Shown one piece after another: positions 11,184 to 24,353 of a stretch of DNA of 64,000 nucleotides. The DNA is from Trichinella spiralis. Lineage: Eukaryota. Made by a program: the position numbers and the translations under genes. Position 1 is the first letter of the stretch. Each line of letters starts with the position of its first letter. The notes beneath the pieces were generated by a model, which was not told where the DNA came from, searched no databases, and worked only from the letters and a program-made list of their open reading frames with translations. The DNA lies in contig NW_003526948.1 in assembly GCF_000181795.1 (NCBI RefSeq), positions 1,401,428 through 1,465,427 on the forward strand. Reading direction: 5' to 3'.

Positions 11184-11552
11184 CTATCTGCTTGCTAAAG
11201 CACTATTGACAAATAAACGCAACTGCTGTGCCGACTGCGATACGGCGACGACACTGCTGATCATCGCCTGTATGCTTGGTATTGCTGGATAATTTTGGGC
11301 AGCCAATTTTGTAGAAGCAACGCACGCCCGAAGCACGTCGCACAGACGATCCGCATGCTCTGTTACGATCAGCTGCACGGACCGGCTGTGCACACACTGG
11401 GCGATGTTGTCGCCGATGTAGACCAATTTGTGGGCAGCCAAGATGACCAGCTTCCCTAAGCCTATGAAACTACGCGGCGGCTGGTTGTTCTCCACGGCTG
11501 CCAAGAAATCGTCGATGGCGCTGCTCAGGCAATCGATGCGACTGTCGGTTTG
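11184..11552 (-). pseudogene. Truncated p130Cas/BCAR1/NEDD9-family C-terminal FAT-like (CAS_C) domain fragment
   Basis: QTDSRIDCLSSAIDDFLAAVENNQPPRSFIGLGKLVILAAHKLVYIGD...TKLAAQNYP matches the CAS_C NQPP..F....K.VIL.AHKLV.IGD motif. There is no ATG, an in-frame TAA lies at 11562-11564, no SH3 or substrate-domain exons are upstream, and the segment is GC-rich against its flanks. Confidence 0.8.
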
Positions 11553-12583
11553 AGTTTGTTCTTACTCGGTCCCACTGTTCATTTATTGGTCGTTTACCAC
11601 GCTATTTTAATGGACCGTCAAATCTTTGTCGTATTGGTTTCCTTGTCTAATCCTCATTGATTCAACAAGAAGAATTGACATCATACAGTACACTCTCATT
11701 TTCATTGGTTCAAATATTCCACAAAGTGTACGGAGCATTAATAGTATAAAGAAACATAAAAAGGGTAAATAATATTCCAAAAAACAAAGTCAGTAGGATG
11801 CTTGGACTATCATTGAAAATAGCATGTTTAAATGTATGAATCCACCACAGGGCGAGNNNNNNNNNNCAAATTTTTGACGAAGGACTGATGAATATGAAGA
11901 GAATGGAAGCAATTCCGATGCGCTTTCATTGTAATTTAATTCAATTCATGGAGCATAATACTGTACTCTTTTATTCGACATTTAAATATTTGGCAGTAGA
12001 TGAAGAACTAAGATTCCTTCCTACTCTTTATAATTTTCAGTTTACTTAGAGAGCCAGTTTGAATACTGTTTAAGTTTATTTGAATTTCAATGTTTTCACG
12101 TATGTCATTTAATCACAATTTTTAGAATCGAATTCATTTTTTAAATTTATCATCTGAAATGATCAAGTGATACCATATTTTATTGTTCATTTGCAGTAAC
12201 CGAATGGAATTATTGATCAGTAAATTGTTTGGTACAATTTTCCATTATTATATATGAAAAGAAACTGTTTTGTCTTAATTTTACAGTTGAAAATGTTTTT
12301 CCTTCTCCCAACTGATTCGACATTCGGGATTGAAATTAAAATTTTACAAGAAGAAAATGTTTGTTGTACCTTTGTGAAAACAATGAAACGTACGTAATCC
12401 AATCAATAATTATCCCTTCAAATGAGAAACAAGATCATCATTAATACTGAGAGTGCCCTTTCTGTGCCGCCAAATAAAGGTACTGATAATTATTTTAATA
12501 AATAAATAAATAAATAAATAAATATGAACAGATTGAAGTGAAATAAGAAAAAAAAAGAATATTTTTCCTTACGTAACAGCTAG

Positions 12584-12952
12584 CTATCTGCTTGCTAAAG
12601 CACTATTGACAAATAAACGCAACTGCTGTGCCGACTGCGATACGGCGACGACACTGCTGATCATCGCCTGTATGCTTGGTATTGCTGGATAATTTTGGGC
12701 AGCCAATTTTGTAGAAGCAACGCACGCCCGAAGCACGTCGCACAGACGATCCGCATGCTCTGTTACGATCAGCTGCACGGACCGGCTGTGCACACACTGG
12801 GCGATGTTGTCGCCGATGTAGACCAATTTGTGGGCAGCCAAGATGACCAGCTTCCCTAAGCCTATGAAACTACGCGGCGGCTGGTTGTTCTCCACGGCTG
12901 CCAAGAAATCGTCGATGGCGCTGCTCAGGCAATCGATGCGACTGTCGGTTTG
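12584..12952 (-). pseudogene. Second copy of the CAS_C fragment
   Basis: Identical translation to 11184-11552. Confidence 0.8.
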
Positions 12953-13894
12953 AGTTTGTTCTTACTCGGTCCCACTGTTCATTTATTGGTCGTTTACCAC
13001 GCTATTTTATTGGACCGTCAAATCTTTGTCGTATTGGTTTTCCTTGTCTAATTGCTCATTGATTCAAATCTTTCCTTTGTGATTAGCTGTAATATTTTTT
13101 CATTTCATTGGGTTCAAATATTCCATTTTGGGATTACGTAACTTTAATAGTAGTGACGTAACATAAAAAATGGGAAATATTATTCCAAAATTTTATTGGT
13201 CTTTTTGAAGTTTCGTCATTCATTGAAAATTTGTTTATTTTAAATATATTACTTTGTGGGTGTAGTGGGTCTATTTACCCGATTTTCCCCTTTTGATATA
13301 TAAATCTGCTCCCCATTTGTTTTTAAATAAATGTGTTGCCTGTTAAAATTTATCAAGATTGGGATGTTAACTTCCGGGTGGAATGTCAGAATACTGAATA
13401 ATCTGTTTGAAAAATCTGGAATGTTGTAGCAACACTTCCAATTTCCGGGTTACAAATGGCACTAATGCTAACGTTACACGTTAGCTCGCTATTTCACTTA
13501 TTTACGCATGATCCACGCATATGCTTTGTCAAACATTGTCGCGTTCTCGTCACATCACATATGCTGGTAAAGCGATTTTATACAAGAAAATGNNNNNNNN
13601 NNAAGGCTGCTAATGAAATTGAGAATAGATGGCAATTTAAGTATTCACCAACGCACTATTCGGTTTTGTTCAGATGTTGAAATAGAAACTTTACAATTTA
13701 CACGAAATATATAAATAAATTTGTTTTTTGACTTGTAAATAATATTGCAGATTTTTAATTTTTATTTAAATAAAATACACGACTTTAAACAATAACACTG
13801 ATGAAAGAAGTCAAAACTTTCTGAAGCTGAAAGTAAAATTCTTTGATTGCTAGCAAGAAAGATTTTCAGAGTTGTTACTCGTTGCTAGTTGCAC

Positions 13895-14638
13895 AGTTCT
13901 TGATATATCCCAAATCAAACAGCTCGCTTAACTATGTATTGAGATAGGAAAAGTGCGAAATTTAAAAGCAAATTATTCCACAACAACTGGACAGATTTCG
14001 TCCAAACCCTGCATTTCTCATTGCCGAGCAATGAAAAATGTACAGTAGCCACATTTATCAGCAGAAATGAAGAAAATAAAAATTTGCATGCGAGGTCGTT
14101 TGCTTTATTGACATAATAGAAATCATTTCAGTTTGAGGGCGTCCGTGGATGGTAGCTCAGTGTTTTGATTGGAAAATTGACTGAAGGCAAACATTGAAGC
14201 CGAACACTATTTTTGCTTTTAATTCATTATTATTTTTTGGAATAATTTCTAAAAAATAATTTTTCAATCAACATCCAAAGAACATGAATATCAAAAACGA
14301 GAATACAGCGCATTTAGCAGTAAGTGGCAGATTTTTATTCCTAAGTTTTAATCAGTTAACAATATAATTGAGAATCGATATTGAGCATAATTTCTCAATA
14401 TATTTTCTATGAAAAATTCTCAACATGAGGTGACTTTATAAACGCCAAATTTCCGTACAGTTAAGTTTGGTTAAATACACCCTGTACGCATTGTTTATAT
14501 ATTATTAAAATATGGTCTTTCGAAAATCACCTTTGCAATAGCTAACATGCACATTCAATTGACCATAAGCAAGCTTTTGCCCGGAAATTGTTCACTTAAA
14601 ATTAGCCTCATTTCAGCTACTTGTTTTTCTGATTTAAG
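13895..14638 (-). repeat. Long repeat R, copy 3 (inverted, right arm)
   Basis: Reverse complement of ~5220-5965, ends at gap. Confidence 0.9.
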
Positions 14639-15107
14639 NNNNNNNNNNAAAATTCGGAAATGTGGTACAACCACTTCCATTTTCGGGGTTCCAAAGGCCA
14701 CTAATGCTACCGTTACACGTTAGCTCGCTATTTCACTTAATTTTACGCATGATTCCACGCATATGCCTTTGTCAAACATTGTTCGCGTTTCTCGTCACAT
14801 CACATATGCTGGTAAAGGCGATTTTAATACAAAGGAAAAATGCACAATTGACAAATTGTTCACAGTTGCAGCTTTCAAGCAAAACCAAGGAGTGACAACT
14901 ATTAAATTGTTAGCATCTGATTAATTTCTTGATTTTACTGGGAGTGTTCTATTTAAATCTTTCTTGTTTACAATCTAAGAATTTAATATTTACAAAGTTT
15001 CCTTCATTACGAAGCAAACATCCATATATATTTTTTTATACATGTCGATGAGGTTTGCTGTTTGTATGGAAAATCCTGTTTGACGTTCATACATTTCATA
15101 TAAAATA

Positions 15108-15240
15108 CAGTCGAACTTGGCTAAGTGCATAAAATTTTGGTCGAAAAAAATTCCCTGTAGTTAATTAAACGGTAAAATAATGGATAAGTGCATGGAAATT
15201 CTTTTTAAATTCCATGCTCATTTATAACCAAGATCAAATG
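15108..15240. mobile_element. Degenerate Tc1/mariner (pogo/Tigger-like) MITE, 133 bp
   Basis: TA|CAGTCGAACTTGG ... CCAAGATCAAATG|TA: imperfect 13-bp TIR (10/13) with TA on both sides. Confidence 0.45.
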
Positions 15241-15631
15241 TAATTTGAAATACATCATCAAACAAATCAGCTACATCATATGCGCTGCTTCAGATACGGA
15301 ATGTTTAAATATTTCGTTATCATTAAAATATACATTGAAAGGCTGCTAATGAAATTGAGAATAGATGGCAATTTAAGTATTCACCAACGCACTATTCGGT
15401 TTTGTTCAGATGTTGAAATAGAAACTTTACAATTTACACGAAATATATAAATAAATTTGTTTTTCGACTTGTAAATAATATTGCAGATTTTTAATTTTTT
15501 ATTTAAATAAAATACACGACTTTAAACAATAACACTGATGAAAGAAGTCAAAACTTTCTGAAGCTGAAAGTAAAATTCTTTGATTGCTAGCAAGAAAGAT
15601 TTTCAGAGTTGTTACTCGTTGCTAGTTGCAC

Positions 15632-16201
15632 AGTTCTTGATATATCCCAAATCAAGTGGCTCGCTTAACTATGTATTGAGATAGGAAAAGTGCGAAATTT
15701 AAAAGCAAATTATTCCACAACAACTGGACAGATTTCGTCCAAACCCTGCATTTCTCATTGCCGAGCAATTAAAAATGTACAGTAGCCACATTTATCAGCA
15801 GAAATGAAGAAAATAAAAATTTGCATGCGAGGTCGTTTGCTTTATTGACATAATAGAAATCATTTCAGTTTGAGGGCGTCCGTGGATGGTAGCTCAGTGT
15901 TTTGATTGGAAAATTGACTGAAGGCAAACATTGAAGCCAAACACAAACTTGCTTTCTATTCATTATTATTTTTTGGAATAATTGGGGGGGGGATAATTTT
16001 TCAATCAACATCCAAAGAACATGAATATCAAAAACGAGAATACAGCGCATTTATCAGTAAGTGGCAGATTTTTATTCCTAAGTTTTAATCAGTTAACAAT
16101 ATAATTGACAATCCATATTGAGCATAATTTCTCAATATATTTTCTATGAAAAATTCTCAACATGAGGTGACTTTATAAACGCCAAATTTCCGTACAGTTA
16201 A
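15632..16201 (-). repeat. Long repeat R, copy 4 (inverted, redundant with copy 3)
   Basis: 15339-16201 duplicates 13603-~14465 and ends at a gap. Confidence 0.88.
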
Positions 16202-16699
16202 NNNNNNNNNNTTTTGACAAAATGCAACCATTTTATAGGTTCATTTGGATAAGCGACAGTTCATGATGGTGGAAATATGGAGTAAAATCCGAATCAAAGA
16301 TCAACATTCTTGGTATCATTGAAATGCTCAATGAATAATTAAGATCATGTACAACATAGAATTCAATGAAATGATCGTTTTTTGATGATAAAAAACGTAC
16401 AAATGGTATACTATAGACTGGCAGGTATTAATAAATATTGACAGCCATAGTTCGAGAAATTCCATTCTACTGGTCGATTCAATGAGATACATCAGTGAAA
16501 AATTAATAGCTGGAAGATTTTATGCACATCACAAACCGTAATGAAACAACTTTTATCAATTTAATCGAAATGGACCGAAAATGAAGGTAAATCGAGTGGC
16601 AAAGAACAAGGAAATATTGAACAAGAGTGCGCAATGTGAATGAAAACCTCATTTGTATGACAAAAACGTTTCGTACACTGAAATTCAACCACTCTGGAT

Positions 16700-17128
16700 C
16701 CGTTTCAACAGAGTTCCAGGAGGGCGGCTTTCCTGTGCATTAAGATAGGCACCTGGCAATTTTAGAGGCCATTTATTCGACACGTACGTATTTATTTGCC
16801 GTAAAAATTTCCAGAAGCTACTAATTTATCAGAATTTAGCAAATTATAACAAAAAAAGCGAATTTTGCGACAAAAGCCTACTTTCGAAAATCACAAAAAC
16901 AGCAAAGGCTATAGCCTTGCTTTTTTGAAAAGTCGAAAATTTTGAATTGTTGTAAAAATGATTTCAATCGATCAAAAAAAATAAAAAAATCACGACAAAC
17001 CTTGTCTTACGTTTTATGAATCCGTATTTGTCGAGTTATTGCTAAAAATGTTCGGTGCTGTTACGATTTTAGACGGAGTAACACAAAGCGCAACAAGACC
17101 TGCATTCTTGATAATGCAGAATATAATT
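16700..17128 (+). mobile_element. Possible non-autonomous Helitron/Helentron-like repeat
   Basis: 3' hairpin CTGCATT-cttgat-AATGCAG followed by aatataat, plus an internal palindrome agcaaaggctatagccttgct. Single copy in the window and 5' boundary uncertain. Confidence 0.25.
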
Positions 17129-17566
17129 CCATTTTATTAACATTTATATATAATTCACGGCTTGTTTGCTCCAAGCAATGTTCGTGATCCTAATAACATT
17201 TGTACCTGAAATTCATTTTTGTAGTACAGACTTACAAATTTGAAAAATGTTATGTATGCAATTTCATTGATTGCAGACAATAAAGATTTTCATTGTTTTC
17301 ACTTTAAATTATTCTTTTCTGTATTTATTATTTGTTGAGCGTGATATAAAGTATAGTATAGTATAGTCGTTGAAGGTGAATTTGAACCAAAATTGCGTAT
17401 TTCTTTTTAAAAATGGAATTTTTTTTATCTCATGGAAAATATATTTATAACAGTTTAAATGCTTTGGTATATTAAGTTTTATTAAAATAAAGCAATTTGA
17501 AAATTGTGAATAAAATTCTCTTTCTATACTTTGTCAAAGTAGCTGTTTGAATGCGTGCTACATAAT

Positions 17567-18601
17567 TTACGTTGGTCTCCAGTCGACATTGCAAACTATA
17601 GGTGGACAGAGTGATCGAGTTCTTGTCGAAGGCTTTGCAATTCTTTTAACCATTAAATATTTTTGATTTATAAAATTCACGTCTGCTTGGGTCTTCCATT
17701 GTTTCATTAAAAGAAATTTCAGCAAAAGAGATTTCAAGTAAATTCTCGCTTCTTCTCTTAGTGTATCTTCTTTGGCTGGCCAAGAATTAATTTGACCTAT
17801 CACTAACATATCCATTGATAACAGTAGTACCTGAAAAAGCATAACATTTTCAAAAGTACCTTTAAACGATCACTAAAAATAAAAGTTTAACAACTAAAAT
17901 TTTCAATAATAAAGCACAAGCATATTTGATTATCAAATAATAATAGCTGTGCCTGTCTGATATAAAGTCACATTGCATGCGTGTTTAGCATTATATGCAT
18001 ATAGCTATATGCGTGTCTGAGTGTGCGTGCAATTAAAAATGCTACAAATGAACTACAAATGTTTTGTTGAGAAAGCAAGAATGCATCATCTGAAAGTATT
18101 GTCGCATTCTAAGATACATTTTGCAGCTGCAGGTTAAGCTTGCTCTGCTAGAAAATAAGCGTTCTGAAATTGACTCATACAAATAAGCATAAATAACAGC
18201 AAATTATAACTTACAAAAAATATACAGAACATAATTTTTAAGATGTCACATTTTATTTTATAAAGAATGCTCTTCATGTACAATGTTACATGTTTAAAAA
18301 TTTAAAAAGTCACATGACACTTTTATTTGAAAACGCAAGTAGTAATTTTTAAATTACAAATACTGAAAAATAAAAAATGATTCCACTTTCACAATTACTA
18401 TATCATCTTTCTTTCTTTGTAATTTCTGTATGATATCGACTCATGAATTCCACTTCACGCATTAATGAAATACATCAAAGAATTGCTGATTTTTAAACTT
18501 ACTGTTGTCTGTGCAAAAAAATGACCGCTAGATTGGATAATATTATTATTTCCATTATTAACAAAAAACAATTTTCGTGACTGCATTTTCAAAATTTTCA
18601 T
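17567..18601 (-). CDS. Candidate secreted peptide/neuropeptide precursor, ~120 aa; exons 18601-18503 and 17830-17567
   Basis: A 33-codon ATG exon ending at gtaagt joins in phase 0 to acceptor ttttcag. The product has a hydrophobic segment (TTVLLLSMDMLVIGQINS), a dibasic KR, then IAKPSTRTRSLCPPIVCNVDWRPT*. Confidence 0.45.
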
Positions 18602-21600
18602 GCTGTATCGATATTAGCTTAATTTATGAACCAGTGACGAATAAAACAGACTTATCATTATATAATTTTATCTTTTATAAAGATATTCATGTATCAAATG
18701 CTGAATATATTTCGTTTGCTAATCATAAATAGCCGTAAGAATGTCTTTAAATATTTTCTGAAAGAACAACACATTAACAATGCTAGGCGAAAATTTTTTC
18801 AGCGTCGCAAATAAATATATTTTATACTTTAATATTATGCTAATAAATAAGTTGACTGAATTATAAAGTGGCATAGAAAATAAACGCTGATTATATGAAA
18901 CAAAATTAATTCAAAGTAGCAATGGTATGCATAATCTTACTAAAGAAGCATTGATTTTGTTGCTATTTAGTTATCAAGTTGTTTAATGTGAGAAGAAGAA
19001 AAACTTGTCAATTTTAAACCGCCAACATGTCAAATTCATGATGAGGAAAATGTATAATGTACAAATTAATTTATCAAATTAATAAATTATAAAATATCAT
19101 TATTAAAAATAACTCTTTTTCACGAATACATATAAATCATTAATAAATCAATTACTATTCAACGCTTTCAAGAAACTAGATTACGTTCATTATAGCACAA
19201 TTAATGTCATTTTGAAATACAAGAGAATGCATTTTGCACATGACAAATCACAGAATGGTAAACTGTTTAAATTTATAACATTCCATTTCGTTGTATTGTG
19301 TTTTGTTGCCTTAATTTTATAGCGTTGAATAAGCTTAATTTGATACATTTTTAACAGAGCAATTTTATAAGAACATGCAAAACCACCCTGTAAAATAAAT
19401 AATAAATTATAATATACATATTGAATATGAAACAGTCTCATGAATAATAAAAATGAAATGTTCACATTTCAGTATTACAAATTACGCAAAAATTACCCAT
19501 ATGCTCAAAATCAAAAGATTTCAAAATGCTTATGTGAAAAACATGCTATGCATTGATCGTTTCTCATATTCGATTAATTTCTGAAAAAAAGTGAAACATT
19601 TTAATAGAAACTTTATAGTTTGGTCTTCAGGTTGCGTTTGAATCTCTTTTACGTAATATGCCGCATAAAAAACATTTCCACAAAGACACGGGAGTCAGAA
19701 TTCAAAAATTAATGAACTAAACTTTTATTTTAAAAAATAAAAAATTTGCGTGACAGTAAAAATGCCCTAATTTCTCATTAGAGCATCTCAATTCTCATCA
19801 TTAATGCCCAAATATGGCAAACTTATGCAAAATAATATTTCAGAAATAATTCGCTGATTAAAACTGAAAATTTCCAGCTGCTTTGAACTACCATTAATTG
19901 TACTTAAATATTAATCATGACAGTTAATATGCAAGAATATAATTTTGATTATGCGTTTGATCATTTAATATTAAAGAAATAATTACAAGTTATACTGTGT
20001 TGTGATGCGCATTACTTGGATCAAATTTTCAATAAAAACACAAAATATCAATCACTATGGCTTGTACTGTGAATGCACTACCACTGCTACTCCTACTACT
20101 ACCACTACTACTACTAATGCTGCTGCTGCTACTACTACTGATGCTTAGTTCTTTCAACGCAACATAAAAAGTAGACAAATAAAAAATATCCCTCAATTTT
20201 ATATTGAATATGTTCCAAAGGAAAAATGCAGAATAATATTATGTGTTTCACGTGATTGCAGCAGAAGAAATATGCTTAAAAAAGCGTTTGCCAAATATGC
20301 AATAAGTGAATTTCCAAGTTCACATTGTCTCATGCTTGTGCTCAAGAAATTTAAAAATTATTCAACATAATAAACTATAATTACAATATCAATAAATGCT
20401 ACTAATAATTTTGCTAATCATTATATTATTACATGATTATAATTAATTAATTAATTAATGCAAGAAATAGGTCTGAAAAAAATCACTCAAATTATTGTCA
20501 AGGAAAATTTATAAAATTGCTTTAAAGATTATTCATTTCAGCTTCAGTGTTATTTTATAAGTAATTTCTGCTTCAGAAAGCTACAATTTCAAAAGCTATT
20601 TGCTACTTTAATATTAAATTAATTCAACAACACTGCTCATTGTGAAAAGCCAAATTTTCACACTGTTGCATCTTTCCACTGAATAATAATATGAAACTTT
20701 TAGACTGTTCAGAATTTTTTAGATGCTCTGTCACATCCATGTCTTTATAGGCAGATTTTGAAGAAAAAAAATAAAAGTAAACTTGACATTTATTTAATCA
20801 AGTTATGAAAATTCTTTTTAAATTTACATTATCACCTGACAGTACCTGATAAATTATATCTGAGATAAAAAATATGCACTCATTGTGAAACTGGACTCAA
20901 ATGAACATGTGAACACTTACCATTACAACGAAAATACGCATGGATACGTGAAAAATGAATATTTCAAATTTAATTCAAAATGTCCAACGTATACTTTTTA
21001 TTCTTTTTTGGTCAGCTTCTGGTATACTTCAACTTTTAATACTGATTGAGTTAAGCTTCAATTATTTTATCTTGTCATCTCAATGAACTTTACTTTGCAT
21101 ATTTCTATCAATTCTGCAAGTGGGAGGTGAATAGCTGAACTGATCAACCAATTAGCGTCCTAGTCGGAATGCATTGTGATGACGCAAATTCAATACTATA
21201 TGCCGATAGCCAATGCTTTGCTCTTCAACGTGCACCCACTGCATGATAGACGTGAAATTTTAATGCACCTCCAACATTTTGTTCATTAATCAGATTATTA
21301 CCAATATATTTTATAGAAAATAGAAATTAAAATTTTAAATTATAAATTTCAAGTTTTCAAATTTATTATTCAAAATGAATATTATTCGTCAATTTTTATT
21401 TTTTAATTATGTCAGCAGAAGGTCGTCATTTCACTACTTGAATTTGTTAAAAGTTGTAAACTGCTTCTCGTACCCCATAACCATCAATTCAGCCGATAAA
21501 ACAGATTTCATTTAAATTAATATTCACATATAGTACTATTGTGTTTTACAAATGATTTTTATTTTATAAGAACAAGAGACCAAATTCAGTAAAGTTAATT

Positions 21601-22151
21601 AGAAATTTCACATACTAACTGCTTCAAATCTTTATTCTTGAAACCTCATTCGCAAATATATAAAATTTAAATTGAGCATCCTTTGCTGAAATTCTTTTTT
21701 TATTGCACCATTGAGGCATATTATAGTCTATTCATATTATAATAAAAATGAATTAAGACACTCTATTACTCCAAAATGTACCGCAGTACTGCTCAGAACT
21801 AAAAATTGAGCAATCTGTTATCAAAAAAAGTATTTTCAGAAACAAATTTTCAAGAACTGATGCAAAAATAAAATCTCTTTTAATGAGTACAATTAGTTGG
21901 AATATGCATTCCAATGACTGTTTAATGTTACCAAAATAATTACTCTTCCAAAACCAAATTGATAATACTTAGAAGTTGCCGCGTAAGTTATCAAAAAAAA
22001 TTAAATATGCTGTTTTTGCATCAACTGCATTGAATGGTTTTTTCTTTCAAATAAATAAAATGCAATCGAATTTACCAATAAATGGATGGGATGCACAGCA
22101 CGCTGATGTACAAAACATTTTCTAAAATCACATACATACATACGCGACATA

Positions 22152-22192
<41 letters not shown>

Positions 22193-22209
22193 TTATTTAT
22201 TTATTTATT

Positions 22210-23050
22210 CATATGGCTGGTCTATCTTTATGTAGTTTTTATTATTTTTCATAAAAAAATATATACATCAGCTCTTACGATCAAAAATATGCAACCTACA
22301 CCACCTATATATATAAGGCGAATGTTGCATCTACTTGTGTATTTTTCATGAGAGGTAATTTATTTTTTTTACAATTGTATGATTTGAAGTTCATAATTGT
22401 ATGATTAATGAAAATCACAAACAGTACAACAGACACTCTTTGCAGGTTGTTAAAATTTTTCAATGCAACCAATATGACTTTGCATATTGGTTCGCTTATT
22501 CACTAACATTGCAATAGCTTTTGGGCATTTTAAAATTACTTCTTATCATCATCATCATCATCATCATCATTTATATCATTAGCATAAATGTGTTAAACAA
22601 TGCTTAAATATCCATTTATTTTATTAATTAATATCTTAACTAATAGAATATAAGAATAACATGTATACACAGTAAGTAATGCGTATTTCATTAATATTAA
22701 AAATACCAGTTTCTTATCAAATACTATCAACTAAAAGAGTGATACAAGCTCAGCGTAGGAGTAGACTGTTTTATTAAGCAAGCAATTGCGTCATGATCAA
22801 GTTTCCACCACAAATAAGTTCACAGTAGGTCAAATCAATACTGTTCTATAGCAAATTGCCATATTCAAAGTATAAAACAGCTTTTGATTGCCAATTAATT
22901 TTTCTTATTGCACTATATCAACAGTACAGTTTTAAATAAATAATACATATGCACTACATTTATCCATATGGCTGGTCTATCTTTATGTAGTTTTTATTAT
23001 TTTTCATAAAAAAATATACATCAAGCTCTTACGATCAAAAATATGCAACC
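22210..23050. repeat. ~86-bp near-identical direct duplication (22210-22296 and 22965-23050) next to an (AT)n tract
   Basis: catatggctggtctatctttatgtag...tcaaaaatatgcaacc occurs twice and is not at a gap. Confidence 0.85.
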
Positions 23051-24353
23051 CATATTATTAACCTATTCATTAATTATAAATTTATCTTTTACTTGTCGGA
23101 AAAAAGTCATCATTTACTGTATCATAATGCACGCTGTCAACATATTATTCATTGTATAATTTTAGAATCTCATTTACTGTTATCTTTCATTAATGAAAAC
23201 TCTGTCCGTAAATAACAATATATATTATTTATGTAACTCATTTACTTTCAATTGTGGGCGGATTTCACTCCATATCACAACATTTCTCAATCGACATAAA
23301 TATATCATACAATCAGCGAGCTTAAACAAAGCAAAGCATTTAATGGTACAATTAAAATATGATCTCATTTTTCATTTATTATTGCCATTGTCATCACTTT
23401 TAATTATTTATTATTTTAAATATTGTGTGTGTGTGTGTGTGTGTGCAGAAATTCAACTGCAGTTTTATTTCAATTACAAATTGAAAAAACATTTACCGTA
23501 TAACTTTAACTTTAGCAAAATATAATAATTTTAAAACCAGCTTTGATAAACTTTCGCAAATTTTAGAATAAAATAATTTTTCCTTCAATCCATTAACTAT
23601 AAATATAGCCATATTAATTATGTTCATAATAAAAAGATTCATTGCATAATTAGCTCAAAATACTATTTGAAAAAAAGGAAAATAGCAAGATAGTAATTCT
23701 ACCCAATTTGTATTATTTGAAATTTTGTTTTCCATTTTTCAAATTATTATTATTATCGTCTTTTAGTTTTATTGATTTACTAATTTTGCTGAATTATAAA
23801 TGAGATAGATAATCAGAAAAAGATTTTTCTGACAAACATTTGCAAAATAAATTTTAAGTCCAGTGTTAACATCAAGAAACGACAGTGATATTAAAAATTT
23901 TGCCAAAAAACAAGTTGCTTACCTTTTGCATATCATAACTGTTGAAATTTTTGAATAAGTAAACATTTTAACATGTAAGTCATGGAAAAAGAACAATACA
24001 AGAACAGTAATCTATTCTGTGCTGCAGGTGCAATTTTTAAAGCATTTCAACATAACGTTGCCATAAACATGTTTAATGCAAATGAAATTATAAAAATAGA
24101 AATTGTGAATTAGAGATTCGTATTTATAGAAGTTATATTTTCCAAAGTTTCAGCAAAAATAAAATCTCACTCATTTGGGTGATTTTCGTGAGAAAAGAAA
24201 ATTCTGTCTTCAATTCAAATGGAGAGCTTTTATTGTTTTACATTTGAGGTTTCTGTTGCAGTATGCAAAATCAAACAGATATAAATATAAACGAGGTGAT
24301 TTGTTTATCGATTCAAATTTTCAATGTACTTTTCGAAAATCCGATCAATCAAA

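Larger units (their letters stand above)
10477..13250. repeat. ~1.4-kb duplication across a gap (10477-11856 vs 11867-~13250)
   Basis: Near-identical sequence. The first copy degrades towards the gap and the (TAAA)n tract differs by 8 nt. Confidence 0.9.
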
